DNA of 64,000 nt from an uncultured virus (IMG/VR IMGVR_UViG_3300029288_000147) (taxonomy: Duplodnaviria > Heunggongvirae > Uroviricota > Caudoviricetes). The position numbers and the translations under genes are program-made. The notes under the pieces were generated by a model, which searched no databases, had not been told where the DNA came from, and saw only the letters and a program-made list of their open reading frames with translations. The stretch lies in IMG/VR virus record IMGVR_UViG_3300029288_000147; one strand, written 5' to 3'. Shown here one piece after another: positions 1 to 10,949 of this stretch. Positions within the stretch are counted from its first letter, which is position 1. Each line of letters starts with the position of its first letter.

Positions 1-816
1 AACTTGACTAGAAAATCTTCCTAATTCTGGGCCTCTCCACCAAGCCCATGTTCTACAATTAGTAGTAGAATGTAAATTCTTATGTCCAAAATATGAGTAC
101 CTATCATCATCGAGTTCACGCCAATCACCAATTGGGACTTCAACCTCTTCAATAGAACTAATCTTGAAATCTGCTGTCATAACTTGTGATCGGTCAGTAC
201 TGTTCGTAGGTAATATCCGAGCGAAGAGTTCCCAGTCATCGGTTTCTAAACTCGGAACTTCCATTACAGTTGTTCCAGTTTCAGTAAGATCATGGTGAAC
301 AGCCATAATCTTATTTCCCGATCTCCACCACATAAGCTGAAGCATACACCCGTTAGTTAAACCATCAACTTGAATGTTTACATGATATAATCGCTCTTTT
401 GGTAAAGTAATAGGGTAGTATAATCTTTCTACAACTGGAAGATTACCTACTTTACCATTTCGCATAGAAATAGTTTGATTGAACACCAAGCCTGGATGCC
501 AATTTCCTGTTGGGCCAAGATCATCTGTTTTATAGCGAATTGGAATAGAATTAGTATTTAGATGACTAGATGAACGCGGTTGCTTGAAAATATGATGAGC
601 ATACAACATAATATTTATATCATTATTATCAGCATAGTCAAATACTTGATGGCATGGAATTGATGCTCTGTTATCAAATATATTCCAGCCACCTTCATAT
701 TGAGAAAGTACGAAATGAGTAGCTCCAGCCGCTTTAGCACATTGTAACATAGTCATTGACTCTTCGGGATTTATATTAACTCTATAAGGTGGTATTACTA
801 TTTTTGGTATTGGCAT
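1..816 (-). CDS. Hypothetical protein, runs off the left edge of the window
   Basis: Manual translation from ATG at 816 (MPIPKIVIPPYRVNINPEE...) stays open to base 1; not in the ORF track because the stop lies outside the window. Confidence 0.8.
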   Translation of the reverse strand, partial: MPIPKIVIPPYRVNINPEESMTMLQCAKAAGATHFVLSQYEGGWNIFDNRASIPCHQVFDYADNNDINIMLYAHHIFKQPRSSSHLNTNSIPIRYKTDDLGPTGNWHPGLVFNQTISMRNGKVGNLPVVERLYYPITLPKERLYHVNIQVDGLTNGCMLQLMWWRSGNKIMAVHHDLTETGTTVMEVPSLETDDWELFARILPTNSTDRSQVMTADFKISSIEEVEVPIGDWRELDDDRYSYFGHKNLHSTTNCRTWAWWRGPELGRFSSQV

Positions 817-1177
817 ATTTTTACCTTTATTTTTTAAATGTTTATCTAAAACTTTTTAGTTTTTTTGTAATGATTCTATTTCCTTTTTCAATTCTTTGTT
901 TGTTGAATTGGATGATATTTTATTCTATAATTCTTTTTGTTTTTCATTTTCATCAGAATATCTTCCATATAATATAATATTGTCACCCTTTTTATAAACA
1001 GTTATAAATATACCCCATTCTATGTCATTGATGAAATAATAGTATCATGTATATCCTCATAATAAAATGCATTTTTATATTTTTTAAAATTTAAAGATGA
1101 TAACAATTTTTGGTGATCTTTATCTAAAGGTTCACCAAAAATATTAATCAATGCATTTTTTAATAATTGTTTTAATT

Positions 1178-2620
1178 TCATTTTACTTGTTTCCTTTTTA
1201 ATATTTTAATTATTTGATCTTTTGTGATATTTGGGTTTTCAAAATATAAATCTTTTACATAGTCTAATATTTGCCCAATTTGTGGGCCAGGTTTTAAATT
1301 GAATATTTTCATAATATCATTACCATCGACAGGGAGTATTATTTTTTCTGGTGTTTTAAGATTTCTTATTCTATTTCTTATATTAGAAATCTGATTAGGT
1401 AAATTAAATTGAGGTGAATGTGCTTTATTATCACTATCCATTAAATCTAAAGTCATTTCTAAATGCTGGCCTAATTCATCTTTTAATTTTCTTAAAGCTT
1501 TATCAGATATAATTTCACCTTGATTACCTGATGATTTTAATCTCATGTGATTTTTAATAGCAACATAAACACTATTTATAATATCATTTGGATATCTTAA
1601 TCTAGTCATGATATCTTTTGCTATTTCAGCAGAGATATCTTCATGTTCATAAAAATGGATATCCCCATCAATTATTGATTTTGTTTGTGATTTACCAATA
1701 TCATGAAATAGTGCTGCAAGTCTTGTTTTTACATCGTTAGGTACACCTCTGAGCACCTCCAGAGTATGTTTGTTTGCATCCCAGAGATGATATTTATTTT
1801 GTTTTAGACCTATTAATAGATCAAGCTCCGGAAACACATATTTGCTTAAATTCGTGATTTGAAGCAAACGAACTGCTTTATCAGGAAATGACGTAACAAG
1901 CATTTTATCTAATTCATCTCTTATTCTTTCTGAAGAAATTGTTTTAAGCATTGAAGCATTTTTCTTTAAAGACTTTATCATAAAAAGAGGTATATTAAAA
2001 TTATATTTAACAGAAAAACGAATCAATCGTAACATTCTTAGCGGATCGTCTTTAAATATTATATTAGGATCTAATGGTGTTCTTATAATTTTATTTTTTA
2101 TATCGTTTAATCCCATTCCAGTTAAATCATAAACCTCATCATTGCTAAGTTTCTGAAACAATGAATTAATTGTTAAATCTCTACGATCCGCATCGTTTTT
2201 TAAATTTGTAAATTGGACTTCAGGTTTTCTAGATCCACTAACATATTTTTCTGATCTTGGCATTACAGCTTCAATATCGAAATTAGACAAATCTACACCT
2301 TTGTAATTTATGCCCCTTAAATTAAATTTAGCTGTACCAAATTTTTTGTAGATTATAGGATTACTATTAGTCTTATATATTCCCAATTTTTTTGTTAACC
2401 AAATAGAAAATTCAATGCCGCCTTCTTTTTTATCTACCATAAGATCTAAATCTTTAGGTTCTTTTTTCATTAAAACGTCTCTTGGGTAGCCACCAACGGC
2501 ATATACAATATTTTCCCACTCAGAACCTCTTATTTCTTGTTTTATAAAATCATATAATAATTTAGCATTACCACTAGATTCTAATAATAAATTGATCAAC
2601 ATTATTTTTAATTTTATCAT
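1178..2620 (-). CDS. cca: CCA-adding tRNA nucleotidyltransferase (class II) with HD domain
   Basis: VGGYPRD..DLD, DADRRDLTINSL, DDPLRMLRLIRF, ERIRDEL, LFHDIGK, C-terminal GPQIG. Confidence 0.93.
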   Translation of the reverse strand: MIKLKIMLINLLLESSGNAKLLYDFIKQEIRGSEWENIVYAVGGYPRDVLMKKEPKDLDLMVDKKEGGIEFSIWLTKKLGIYKTNSNPIIYKKFGTAKFNLRGINYKGVDLSNFDIEAVMPRSEKYVSGSRKPEVQFTNLKNDADRRDLTINSLFQKLSNDEVYDLTGMGLNDIKNKIIRTPLDPNIIFKDDPLRMLRLIRFSVKYNFNIPLFMIKSLKKNASMLKTISSERIRDELDKMLVTSFPDKAVRLLQITNLSKYVFPELDLLIGLKQNKYHLWDANKHTLEVLRGVPNDVKTRLAALFHDIGKSQTKSIIDGDIHFYEHEDISAEIAKDIMTRLRYPNDIINSVYVAIKNHMRLKSSGNQGEIISDKALRKLKDELGQHLEMTLDLMDSDNKAHSPQFNLPNQISNIRNRIRNLKTPEKIILPVDGNDIMKIFNLKPGPQIGQILDYVKDLYFENPNITKDQIIKILKRKQVK

Positions 2621-3455
2621 TTATACATTCTTTTATTTTTTGTATATTATTATTAATAGTATTCTCCCAAATAAATATAGCTGAAATGTTATTTTCTTTG
2701 AGAAAATTTATTTTTCTTTCATCTCTTTTTATATTGGAAATTTGAGTTTTATCTAATTTTGTAAATTTATTTGGATTAGCATGCCAATAATCTCCTTGAC
2801 ATTCTATAACTAAATTGTATTCTGGAAGAAAAAAATCAAAAAAGAAAACGTTTTTATTATATTGATATTTAAAATATATATTTTGATCAGTTAATAATTC
2901 CGAAATTTTTTTCTCTATTTTTGTAGGATTTTTACAACCTCTACAAGCCTTGGTTGCTTTAATTAAGCTGTCTTTATATTTTTCTTTGTATTTTGGATTT
3001 TTAAATAATTCCTTTTTTATAATAGAAATTTTTTGACCATATTTCTTTACTCTTTTATCATTATATTTAGTTAATCCACTATTCCATGATTTTTTTCCAT
3101 ACATTCCATTCTTATCACCCACAAATAATAATGGATTTTCTTTGCGTCTTTTAATCATTAATTCTCTATTTTTCAAAGACATATTTAAAAGTGAACTGTT
3201 TGAATTTTTAGTTAATCCATTACTCCATGATTTTTTCCCATACATTGGGTTATTTTTACCTGATTTTGCAATAACATGTAAATTATGTTTTTGTTTATCC
3301 GTATGTTTTAGTTTTAATTTTTTAATTTTAACATGGACGGACACATTAGTTCTATTTGTAAAATAATTAGCACAATTTTTAGAATTTAATCCTCTTACGC
3401 AAAATAAATAAATTAATTTACTTATTTCTTTGTTTGTCCATTTTTTATAACTCAT
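2574..3455 (-). CDS. Putative homing endonuclease (NUMOD3-like repeats + Vsr/DUF559 nuclease)
   Basis: Repeated KNNPMYGKKSW/KNGMYGKKSW; C-terminal FDFFLPEYNLVIECQGDYWH. Confidence 0.8.
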   Translation of the reverse strand: MSYKKWTNKEISKLIYLFCVRGLNSKNCANYFTNRTNVSVHVKIKKLKLKHTDKQKHNLHVIAKSGKNNPMYGKKSWSNGLTKNSNSSLLNMSLKNRELMIKRRKENPLLFVGDKNGMYGKKSWNSGLTKYNDKRVKKYGQKISIIKKELFKNPKYKEKYKDSLIKATKACRGCKNPTKIEKKISELLTDQNIYFKYQYNKNVFFFDFFLPEYNLVIECQGDYWHANPNKFTKLDKTQISNIKRDERKINFLKENNISAIFIWENTINNNIQKIKECINDKIKNNVDQFIIRI

Positions 3456-3539
3456 AATATAAATCCTTAACTTTTTATATTATTAAATATATATAACTTT
3501 AATAAAAAGCACGAAACAAACACAAAAGATTTTTATTCT

Positions 3540-4292
3540 TTAATTTTCATTTTTTATATAAATTGTTTTTAACAAATCACTTTCATGCTTAAGATTGTCA
3601 TTTTTTAAATAAATAAAATCATATTGTTCTTCTTTTGCCTTTACTTCCATATTTGTTACATTATCATTTAATCCTTCTATAGCAATAAGAAGATTATATT
3701 TTACTAAAAAATAAGGATATGATATGTTTTCTAAAGAAAAATTTTTTATATAAAATACGTTATTTTTTTTAAATACTTCTTCAACGTCTATTATATTATT
3801 GTCCTTTATCAATTCCTGCCTTTTTATTTCTTTATTAACATTAAATTTTCTTGCTGCCCTTGCAGTGGCCATTATCTTATCAAACTTACCTTCTTGTCTT
3901 AATTTTTCATGTAATTTTCTTAAATGAGGCATTCTTTCTTCTTTGTGTTCAGACCAATATTTTCTTAAAGATTCGGCTACTTTTTTACCTCTATCTGGAT
4001 TATTTTCAAATATTTTTTTTCTTACATTAGGATTTGCCCAACCTAGTCCATCAATACTTTCTCTTTGTCTTCTTTTCATAGAATCAGCTAATTTTTTCTT
4101 TGTTTCACTATCACTTCTATATGCTAAAATCTTTAACTTTGTATCTTCTGACATAAGGCTGGTACCAGGAAATTTTTCTTTATATTCTTTTGTTGACATT
4201 TTGTGGTAATTAATAATATGTAAAGTTAATGATTTAAATCTTTTACCACAAATTCTACATTCTACAAAATGATTAAGATAAGTTTTTTCCAT
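3540..4292 (-). CDS. Zn-finger protein with degenerate endonuclease-like C-terminus
   Basis: CRICGKRFKSLTLHIINYH..EYKEKFP; C-terminal YNLLIAIEG resembles the neighbouring DUF559 domain. Confidence 0.55.
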   Translation of the reverse strand: MEKTYLNHFVECRICGKRFKSLTLHIINYHKMSTKEYKEKFPGTSLMSEDTKLKILAYRSDSETKKKLADSMKRRQRESIDGLGWANPNVRKKIFENNPDRGKKVAESLRKYWSEHKEERMPHLRKLHEKLRQEGKFDKIMATARAARKFNVNKEIKRQELIKDNNIIDVEEVFKKNNVFYIKNFSLENISYPYFLVKYNLLIAIEGLNDNVTNMEVKAKEEQYDFIYLKNDNLKHESDLLKTIYIKNEN

Positions 4293-4296
4293 TATT

Positions 4297-4614
4297 TTAT
4301 TTTGATAATGTTGATAAAAATGTATATATTGCTAGTGGCAATGCAACTAATATACCACCTAATAAACCCCATGTTCCAGATTTTACTTTTAACGCTGTTA
4401 TTTCTTTTGCAAAACTAACTTCTATTCTATTAATAGATGCATTTAAGCTATCTATTTTTTGTATTAACTCTTTATAATTTTTATCAACAGATCTTTCTAG
4501 TTCAGAATTAGATTGTGATAGTCTTTTTAATTCCATTATTGTAAGTCTTTCAAACCACTTTAAATTTTCACCATTTCCATTCATTTCATCTAGTTGTTTA
4601 TTAATTGGTGTCAT
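4297..4614 (-). CDS. Coiled-coil protein with C-terminal transmembrane helix (holin-like?)
   Basis: Heptad-rich N-terminus, hydrophobic WGLLGGILVALPLAIYTFL tail. Confidence 0.45.
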   Translation of the reverse strand: MTPINKQLDEMNGNGENLKWFERLTIMELKRLSQSNSELERSVDKNYKELIQKIDSLNASINRIEVSFAKEITALKVKSGTWGLLGGILVALPLAIYTFLSTLSK

Positions 4615-4681
4615 ATTTTTTTCTCTTTTAATTGTTTTTTTTATTTAAGTATCTAATTCAATTATAAATATAAATGTAAAC

Positions 4682-4703
4682 AAAAAAGGGCTAAAAAAAG
4701 CCC
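4682..4703 (-). terminator. Intrinsic terminator
   Basis: GGGCT/AGCCC hairpin followed by a T-run on the minus strand. Confidence 0.5.
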
Positions 4704-4928
4704 ATTTATTTTATAGTCAAAATATTAATTAAAAATACGTTAAGTTTTATCTTTTTTAATGTATTGTTTTGTTTTCACTTGAGGCTGATATTCATTTTTT
4801 GCTGTATCTTCAAATATAATATCTTTTTTTACTTCTTCTTTTTGTATATTTTTTTCATTTTTATTTTCTAAAATATCATCACTTGTTTGCTTTTGGGGCG
4901 TGTTATATTTACGAGATTTTTTTGCCAT

Positions 4929-5840
4929 TTAGTACTCTCCTATGCGTTTTATATTTTTTATTTCTAATGAATTTTTAAATTTTTGTGCTATTTCATCTAA
5001 TGAATAATCGTGATCCAAATAATATTTTTTAAATTTTCTATATGTTATATTTTTCTCTATTTTTATGCTAATATCTTCTTTAATCATTTCTCTATCTTGT
5101 TTCAAATTATTAATATTGTGTAAATATTTTTTATAATGATTTTCATATATATGAAGATTAGTAACAAAATGTGTTATCGCACCTAATTTCAAGTCATAAA
5201 ACTTATCGTATTGTTTTAGTTCATTATACATTAATTGAAGGAACATTGAAAAACAAAATATATCATTACATAAGCCATAAATTACATCTTGTGATCTCAT
5301 TATTGATGTTAGATTTAGGCTATTATTTTCTATATAAAAATTTAATCCAAAAGTACATGGCATATCTTTACCATTTGCGTACTTATGATATGGTTGTAAT
5401 ATATTAATAGTTACTCTTCTTGAATTTTCATATTGTAAAAATTCATCAATACACCAACTCCATTGTGACCTAAAAATATTTTTATTTATTTCATAATCAC
5501 TTGAAAAAGCATAATACCCATAGTTTGATTCAACCTCATTATTTTTATCTGATATATTTGCCCATAAAGTCGCGTGCTTTGATATTTCTGTTGAATCTTT
5601 TTTTGTACTTAAATACCATGCAAATTCTGTTATTGGATAATCTATATTTAAGTTTCGACTTTTTAATGAAACATAACAAAAATTAGGATTTTCTAATCTG
5701 AACAAAAAATTATCAATTTGAGTATAGTTTCCGTTTCTTCCATTTTTTATTGATATACCTTCATAAAGTAATTTTTGTAATGACTTAATGAATACGTTGT
5801 TCATGTTATGAAATATTATCATTTTTTCCTCTTTATGCAC
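4929..5840 (-). CDS. Thymidylate synthase-family enzyme, T4 gp42-like dCMP hydroxymethylase type
   Basis: ESNYG, SRR, DMPCT (catalytic Cys), MRSQDVIYGLCND, NLHIY; Asp at the dUMP/dCMP specificity position. Confidence 0.8.
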   Translation of the reverse strand: MHKEEKMIIFHNMNNVFIKSLQKLLYEGISIKNGRNGNYTQIDNFLFRLENPNFCYVSLKSRNLNIDYPITEFAWYLSTKKDSTEISKHATLWANISDKNNEVESNYGYYAFSSDYEINKNIFRSQWSWCIDEFLQYENSRRVTINILQPYHKYANGKDMPCTFGLNFYIENNSLNLTSIMRSQDVIYGLCNDIFCFSMFLQLMYNELKQYDKFYDLKLGAITHFVTNLHIYENHYKKYLHNINNLKQDREMIKEDISIKIEKNITYRKFKKYYLDHDYSLDEIAQKFKNSLEIKNIKRIGEY

Positions 5841-5883
5841 TTTTATTTAAAAATAATAAAAAATTTTGTTAAATAAAAATGTT

Positions 5884-6489
5884 TTAATTAATTATTTTAC
5901 TTAATTTTAGCATAAATAATCTGCCTGCCAATGAATTTGGATTATTATTAAATAGATGTTTATTTTCTTTGGCTAAATTTATAACTTTTTGTTGAGGTAT
6001 AAAATTCATTGCATATTCTTTTATATTTTGCTTATTTTTTGATTTTTTATATTCGTTAATTGCTTCAAACATTAGTTTTTTATAATCTATTTTTTTCTTG
6101 TCTTGTTTATTCTCTTTTATAATCTTTTCATTTTTACTTTTTGTTGAAATTTTAGGTTTGCTTATAGATAATTTTTCAATTAATTTTGTTTGTTTTGTCT
6201 CAACATTTTCTATTTTAATAGATGATGATAATTTGTATTGATCATTCCATGGTTGAAAATATATATTTTCTGCAACTAACTCAAGTTTTATTTTGCCAGA
6301 TTCCTGTAAGTTATAATTATCTAAGATAGGTATTACAACCTTACATTTAGAATCTTTTATTTCACCATTAAAACAATATGATAAATTATTATTTTCAATA
6401 ATTAGTCTAACTAAATCTACGTGCGTTGCACCATCTAGTTTGACATCACATTCAAATGTTTGTTCTTTATCTTTATATATGTTTAACAT
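5884..6489 (-). CDS. Hypothetical protein
   Basis: 201-aa ORF in gene-dense minus-strand run. Confidence 0.6.
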   Translation of the reverse strand: MLNIYKDKEQTFECDVKLDGATHVDLVRLIIENNNLSYCFNGEIKDSKCKVVIPILDNYNLQESGKIKLELVAENIYFQPWNDQYKLSSSIKIENVETKQTKLIEKLSISKPKISTKSKNEKIIKENKQDKKKIDYKKLMFEAINEYKKSKNKQNIKEYAMNFIPQQKVINLAKENKHLFNNNPNSLAGRLFMLKLSKIIN

Positions 6490-6916
6490 TTGTATATCTC
6501 TTTTCTTATTTACCTAAAGCGTTATTAAATTTTGCTATTATACTTTCAATAATATCTATTGGCAAAACAACAGAAATTTCTCCTGATGATTTATTTAATG
6601 TAGAAAATATTATCTGAACATAATTTTTATCATTGTTTAATATAATTTTTATTATTTTATTTTTATTATCTTCAAATTCATCATCATTAAAATATTGTAT
6701 TGTTTCACAACTTAATATTTCACTGCTATCTATTATATCATCTATTTTCATTTTTAAAATGTTCCTATAAATAATAAGTTTGGTTGAACATACCAATAAT
6801 TACAATCAGCACCATTTATATTTAAAATTATATTTGCTGATCTTTCATTTAATAAATTTGTTGAAACTATAACGTTTAATGCCAATATTTGTCTATTATT
6901 AATTTGATTAATCATT

Positions 6917-8581
6917 TTATATTCTCACTATTTCTGGTTGTGGATCAATATAAAAATAACAAGACTCTGCATTATCTGTATCAGATGAACAAAATATACA
7001 ACATTCTACTTTAGAATCAATAGGTATAGTAAAGTCAACGCTTATATATTGAGACCAATCTGCTGTATCAATATTTTTTGCTAATGTATTTGTTGATTTC
7101 ATAATTTCTTTTTTATAATTACTTTCATTAACATAATTTTTTATATAAGAACATTCTGCCCATATTCTTTTACTTGTATCAGCAATTTCTACGGTGCATT
7201 GACAATAATATATAATTCTCCAAGATCCTTTTGGTAAATTAAAGTAATGTTTTAAAATTTTTGGAACTAATAATTCGCTTGATCCACTTATGTAATTTTT
7301 TGGATATAAATAAGTATAGTAATACGAACCCCAACTTGAGCCATAATCTGTTTTTATTACATAATTTGATCCACCGCTTCTTTTTTCAACCTCACCACCA
7401 GATTCTGCATATACTATACTTGAACTTCCTAATCTTCGAATAGTTGATTGATTATTATATAATATTCTATTAAAATTTTCAAATTTAACAACTGAATAAC
7501 TAAAATTTGATGGCGTTAAAACATCATAACAATTAGTATATCCATCAAATTCACAATCTATAAATATGTTTTCTTCTTGAGGTATAAGATCACTTACTAA
7601 TCTAATAGGTGCTTTTATAGCAGGTGATTCAATATCTAATCCAAAACTACAATTTATATATGTTCCAATAGGACTTTTATCAACACCGATAAACCCATCA
7701 TCACCACCTAAAAAAGTACAATCTTCATATACCATATTTGGTGTTAAATAATTATATACTAAATATTGAGCTCCTGCTTGATTTGTAGTTCTTCCTCTAA
7801 ATTGACATCTATTAAATTTATTTGTATTTACAGCGTAATTATAAACGCAATATGTGTTCGCACTTCCTGTTTGCTCTATTATTAATCCATTAAATATACA
7901 ACCATACCCATCTCTTAAATACAATAAATTATTAGAACTATTTGAATTTCTTAAAAATAAATTGCTCAATATCCATCCACTTTCATATCTCATTTGTAAA
8001 TAATAAGTTCCATTAAAATCGGCTATTGGAAGATTATGCGAATCTGCATCCCATTGTGATTTACTATTTGCACCTTCTCCAGCACCAAAAGTATTAGAAG
8101 TTGCATAAAAACCATCAGCTGATATAGTAAAATATGATGTTCCAGTCTCACCTTTATAATTTTCAGATAAGAAAAAACTACTAGATTCTATTGTATCTAT
8201 ATTTCCAGATGGATGAGATATAATATAATTTTCGTCTGATTCATGAGCGTGTAATAATCTCGTAGAATGGGCGTATTTATTTATGTTAAAGCTTGATCCA
8301 GTTACTAATCTTAATCCTTGAGAAAAATATGCAGATCCATATAATTCACTTCTTGGCCAACATAATATTTCTAATGGCCTATATGGTTTTGGTGTTGTTG
8401 AAGTTGGAATTATATCTCCGGCAACTGTATTAATCATTCCTCTTCTTATAAAAACTTTAGCATCTTCGGCTAATGATTTTTCTAATGCATATTCTAATGT
8501 CTTCCAAGCAAGATGCATTGAAGATCCATTATTTGAATCACTTCCACTATCATAATCTACGTAATAATAAGTTTTTCCCAT
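6917..8581 (-). CDS. Putative virion protein with pectin-lyase-like beta-helix
   Basis: N-terminal YYVDYDSGSDSNNGS..AWKTL motif typical of beta-helix proteins; Asn/Cys-ladder repeats (NCSF, DCTF, DCEF). Confidence 0.6.
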   Translation of the reverse strand: MGKTYYYVDYDSGSDSNNGSSMHLAWKTLEYALEKSLAEDAKVFIRRGMINTVAGDIIPTSTTPKPYRPLEILCWPRSELYGSAYFSQGLRLVTGSSFNINKYAHSTRLLHAHESDENYIISHPSGNIDTIESSSFFLSENYKGETGTSYFTISADGFYATSNTFGAGEGANSKSQWDADSHNLPIADFNGTYYLQMRYESGWILSNLFLRNSNSSNNLLYLRDGYGCIFNGLIIEQTGSANTYCVYNYAVNTNKFNRCQFRGRTTNQAGAQYLVYNYLTPNMVYEDCTFLGGDDGFIGVDKSPIGTYINCSFGLDIESPAIKAPIRLVSDLIPQEENIFIDCEFDGYTNCYDVLTPSNFSYSVVKFENFNRILYNNQSTIRRLGSSSIVYAESGGEVEKRSGGSNYVIKTDYGSSWGSYYYTYLYPKNYISGSSELLVPKILKHYFNLPKGSWRIIYYCQCTVEIADTSKRIWAECSYIKNYVNESNYKKEIMKSTNTLAKNIDTADWSQYISVDFTIPIDSKVECCIFCSSDTDNAESCYFYIDPQPEIVRI

Positions 8582-8585
8582 AATT

Positions 8586-9440
8586 TTATACCGTCGTTAA
8601 GAAATTTCTTCCAATTTGTCCATATAAATAATCTCCATCAAAATAAAAAGAATATAAATCTATTGAACCAGCACTTGGTGATGATTTAGGAGAAATTCCT
8701 TCTATCCAATATATTCTAGATATTGTACCATCATTATTAAATAATATATCTGTATTTTCTTGGGAATTAATGCATTTTATTACATAATTTCTACAATATG
8801 TTTTATTATTATTGAATGACATTGTAAATATAGATGTTCCTATTGTTATTTTTTGATAAGATCCATTTTTAAAATCAATTGTATAACTGTCATTTTGTGT
8901 TCCATTATCATATTCTGTTAAATTCGTATATTCAGGAACACTTGTAGCAGTATTTGACGATCCTGCTGTGGTAGAATATTTTGAATATGATGAAGTTATT
9001 AATTGAGTTATTGATGTTTGATTTATATATGATGCTGTTAAACTTTGTGTTGCATAAATTGATTGAGTACTGAATTTTGAATAAGTAGAATATGTGCTTT
9101 GCGTTGAAAATAATGATGTTGTTGATAATCCAGATTCAGTTACCCAAGCTGGAAATACAGAAGAACCACCACCATTTAATGAATAAGAAGCTGTTATTGC
9201 ATAAGAAGATGAAAATGATTGACTAGACCAAGATGAAGATCCTGGAATATTTGTTACACCACCCATTGATGCTGCAGTATCTGCATAAGAACAAGATTCT
9301 ACTTTTATTGCAGCATAATATATAGGATTTCCAATACCATCATAAATAGGTTTATAAAAATCAACAGAAGAAGAGTCTATTTGTAAGACTCTCGTATATG
9401 TATTCCTAATTTGTTGTCCAGTTAGATCAAATGTTGACAT
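8586..9440 (-). CDS. Putative tail-fibre-like structural protein
   Basis: Ser/Thr-rich SSYA/STQS/TASY repeats; C-terminal IDFKNGSYQKITI...IDLYSFYFDG domain. Confidence 0.55.
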   Translation of the reverse strand: MSTFDLTGQQIRNTYTRVLQIDSSSVDFYKPIYDGIGNPIYYAAIKVESCSYADTAASMGGVTNIPGSSSWSSQSFSSSYAITASYSLNGGGSSVFPAWVTESGLSTTSLFSTQSTYSTYSKFSTQSIYATQSLTASYINQTSITQLITSSYSKYSTTAGSSNTATSVPEYTNLTEYDNGTQNDSYTIDFKNGSYQKITIGTSIFTMSFNNNKTYCRNYVIKCINSQENTDILFNNDGTISRIYWIEGISPKSSPSAGSIDLYSFYFDGDYLYGQIGRNFLTTV

Positions 9441-9443
9441 AAA

Positions 9444-9767
9444 TTACTTTATTATTAAATTATCTATTTTTATTTTGCTTTCTTTTACTTTATCATAATA
9501 ATTAACTAGAATTTTTATATCATCTACTGATAAAACCATTCTATTTCCTGTTAATTTTATGATTTGTTCATAATTTGTTCCTTGAATTGTGCATAAAATC
9601 TTAATTATTTTTTCTTTTTTTTCTTTTGGTAATCTTTTAAATTTCTTTTTTATAGAAGAAACACTTCTTTTTCCACCTTTTTCTTCTATAAGCTCAACAA
9701 GTATATACCAATATTCTGAAGTTATATTCCAATCTTCAGAAGTTATGTCCCAAATTTCATAACTCAC
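9444..9767 (-). CDS. Hypothetical protein
   Basis: ORF between structural genes. Confidence 0.55.
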   Translation of the reverse strand: MSYEIWDITSEDWNITSEYWYILVELIEEKGGKRSVSSIKKKFKRLPKEKKEKIIKILCTIQGTNYEQIIKLTGNRMVLSVDDIKILVNYYDKVKESKIKIDNLIIK

Positions 9768-9770
9768 TTT

Positions 9771-10949
9771 TTACCCTATGTAAATTCCTAAAGGCGCAAG
9801 AGATTGATTTTTAATTGCATATTCAGCCGCATCTGCTTTCTTTTGAATTGCTTTAAATGGATCTAATTCTTCTAAATCTTTAATAAGTTCTTCTTTTAAT
9901 TGTTGCATATTTTCTCTTGCATCACTTATTAATTTATCGCCATCTAAAGTTATTTCAGCATCAGGGATTGGTTGTGTTGAGTATTTTATTCTTATTTTTC
10001 CTAATGTTTCCATTGCTAATGAATGCGCATATCTTTTAATCCATCTTATACCCATAGGATTAATTTCAGAATAAGTCATTCTTTGATATGGGGCATTTGA
10101 AACATCAATTACATCATGATTTTCTGATGATATATCCCAATTTGTATCTCTTTGAGATAAATCTGATGGCATGATATAATAATTAAACCATATTGTTAGG
10201 CCTTGTTGAGCATCAGTTGGAACAGGATATATTCTTAATGTTGTATCATTTATTTCATATCCAAATGCGCTTCTTCTTATTCGATCACTTAATTCGATTT
10301 GTTGAGCTTTTTGGACTGTAAATGTATGTGGGTATAAATAAAATAAAGTTGCATCTCCAATTAATCCAAAATCAGCACCAAATTCTTGAGAAAAAGCTAA
10401 TTGTGTATTTTCTGTTCCACCATACCAAGCTGCTAAACTTCTATTAATTGATGAAGGTGCATAATGTAGAACATCCATAATTTGTACTTGAGAAGATGTA
10501 TGAATATCAGGTAAGTAATTTAAAATATTATATAACTGCTGTTCTGAGTTTAATGTAAATGATGCTGAATATAGTGTTTGTTTTCTACTAATGCCAGAAT
10601 CTCTTGCATATGGTTCAGCCATATCTTTTACAAACTCATTTGATTGTATTGGATATTTATGTGTAAGATTAGATGAAGTTGATTTGCCTATTACATCAAT
10701 CAACCAATATTTAAAATTTGCTGTATTGACAATTGATTGATATTCTTCTATTGCCTCTTCATAACAAGCATAAAAAGTATGATCAGTTAATTCTACTTGA
10801 ATAATATCATTTCCAAGTCTTCTAGAAGAATGTTTAGCGAATCTTTGAGCATCATCTTGAAACTCTTCATCAGAGTCCCAATAACCATATGGAGTACTTC
10901 CAGAAACTGCTGTTGTACCAAAGCTTTGTGATATTAATGTATCTGACAT
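9771..10949 (-). CDS. Neck/head-completion protein (T4 gp13-like)
   Basis: RRLG..IQVELTD..YACYEEAIEEY and WIKRYA..LGKIRIKY..P..ITLDGDKLISDA motifs. Confidence 0.75.
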   Translation of the reverse strand: MSDTLISQSFGTTAVSGSTPYGYWDSDEEFQDDAQRFAKHSSRRLGNDIIQVELTDHTFYACYEEAIEEYQSIVNTANFKYWLIDVIGKSTSSNLTHKYPIQSNEFVKDMAEPYARDSGISRKQTLYSASFTLNSEQQLYNILNYLPDIHTSSQVQIMDVLHYAPSSINRSLAAWYGGTENTQLAFSQEFGADFGLIGDATLFYLYPHTFTVQKAQQIELSDRIRRSAFGYEINDTTLRIYPVPTDAQQGLTIWFNYYIMPSDLSQRDTNWDISSENHDVIDVSNAPYQRMTYSEINPMGIRWIKRYAHSLAMETLGKIRIKYSTQPIPDAEITLDGDKLISDARENMQQLKEELIKDLEELDPFKAIQKKADAAEYAIKNQSLAPLGIYIG

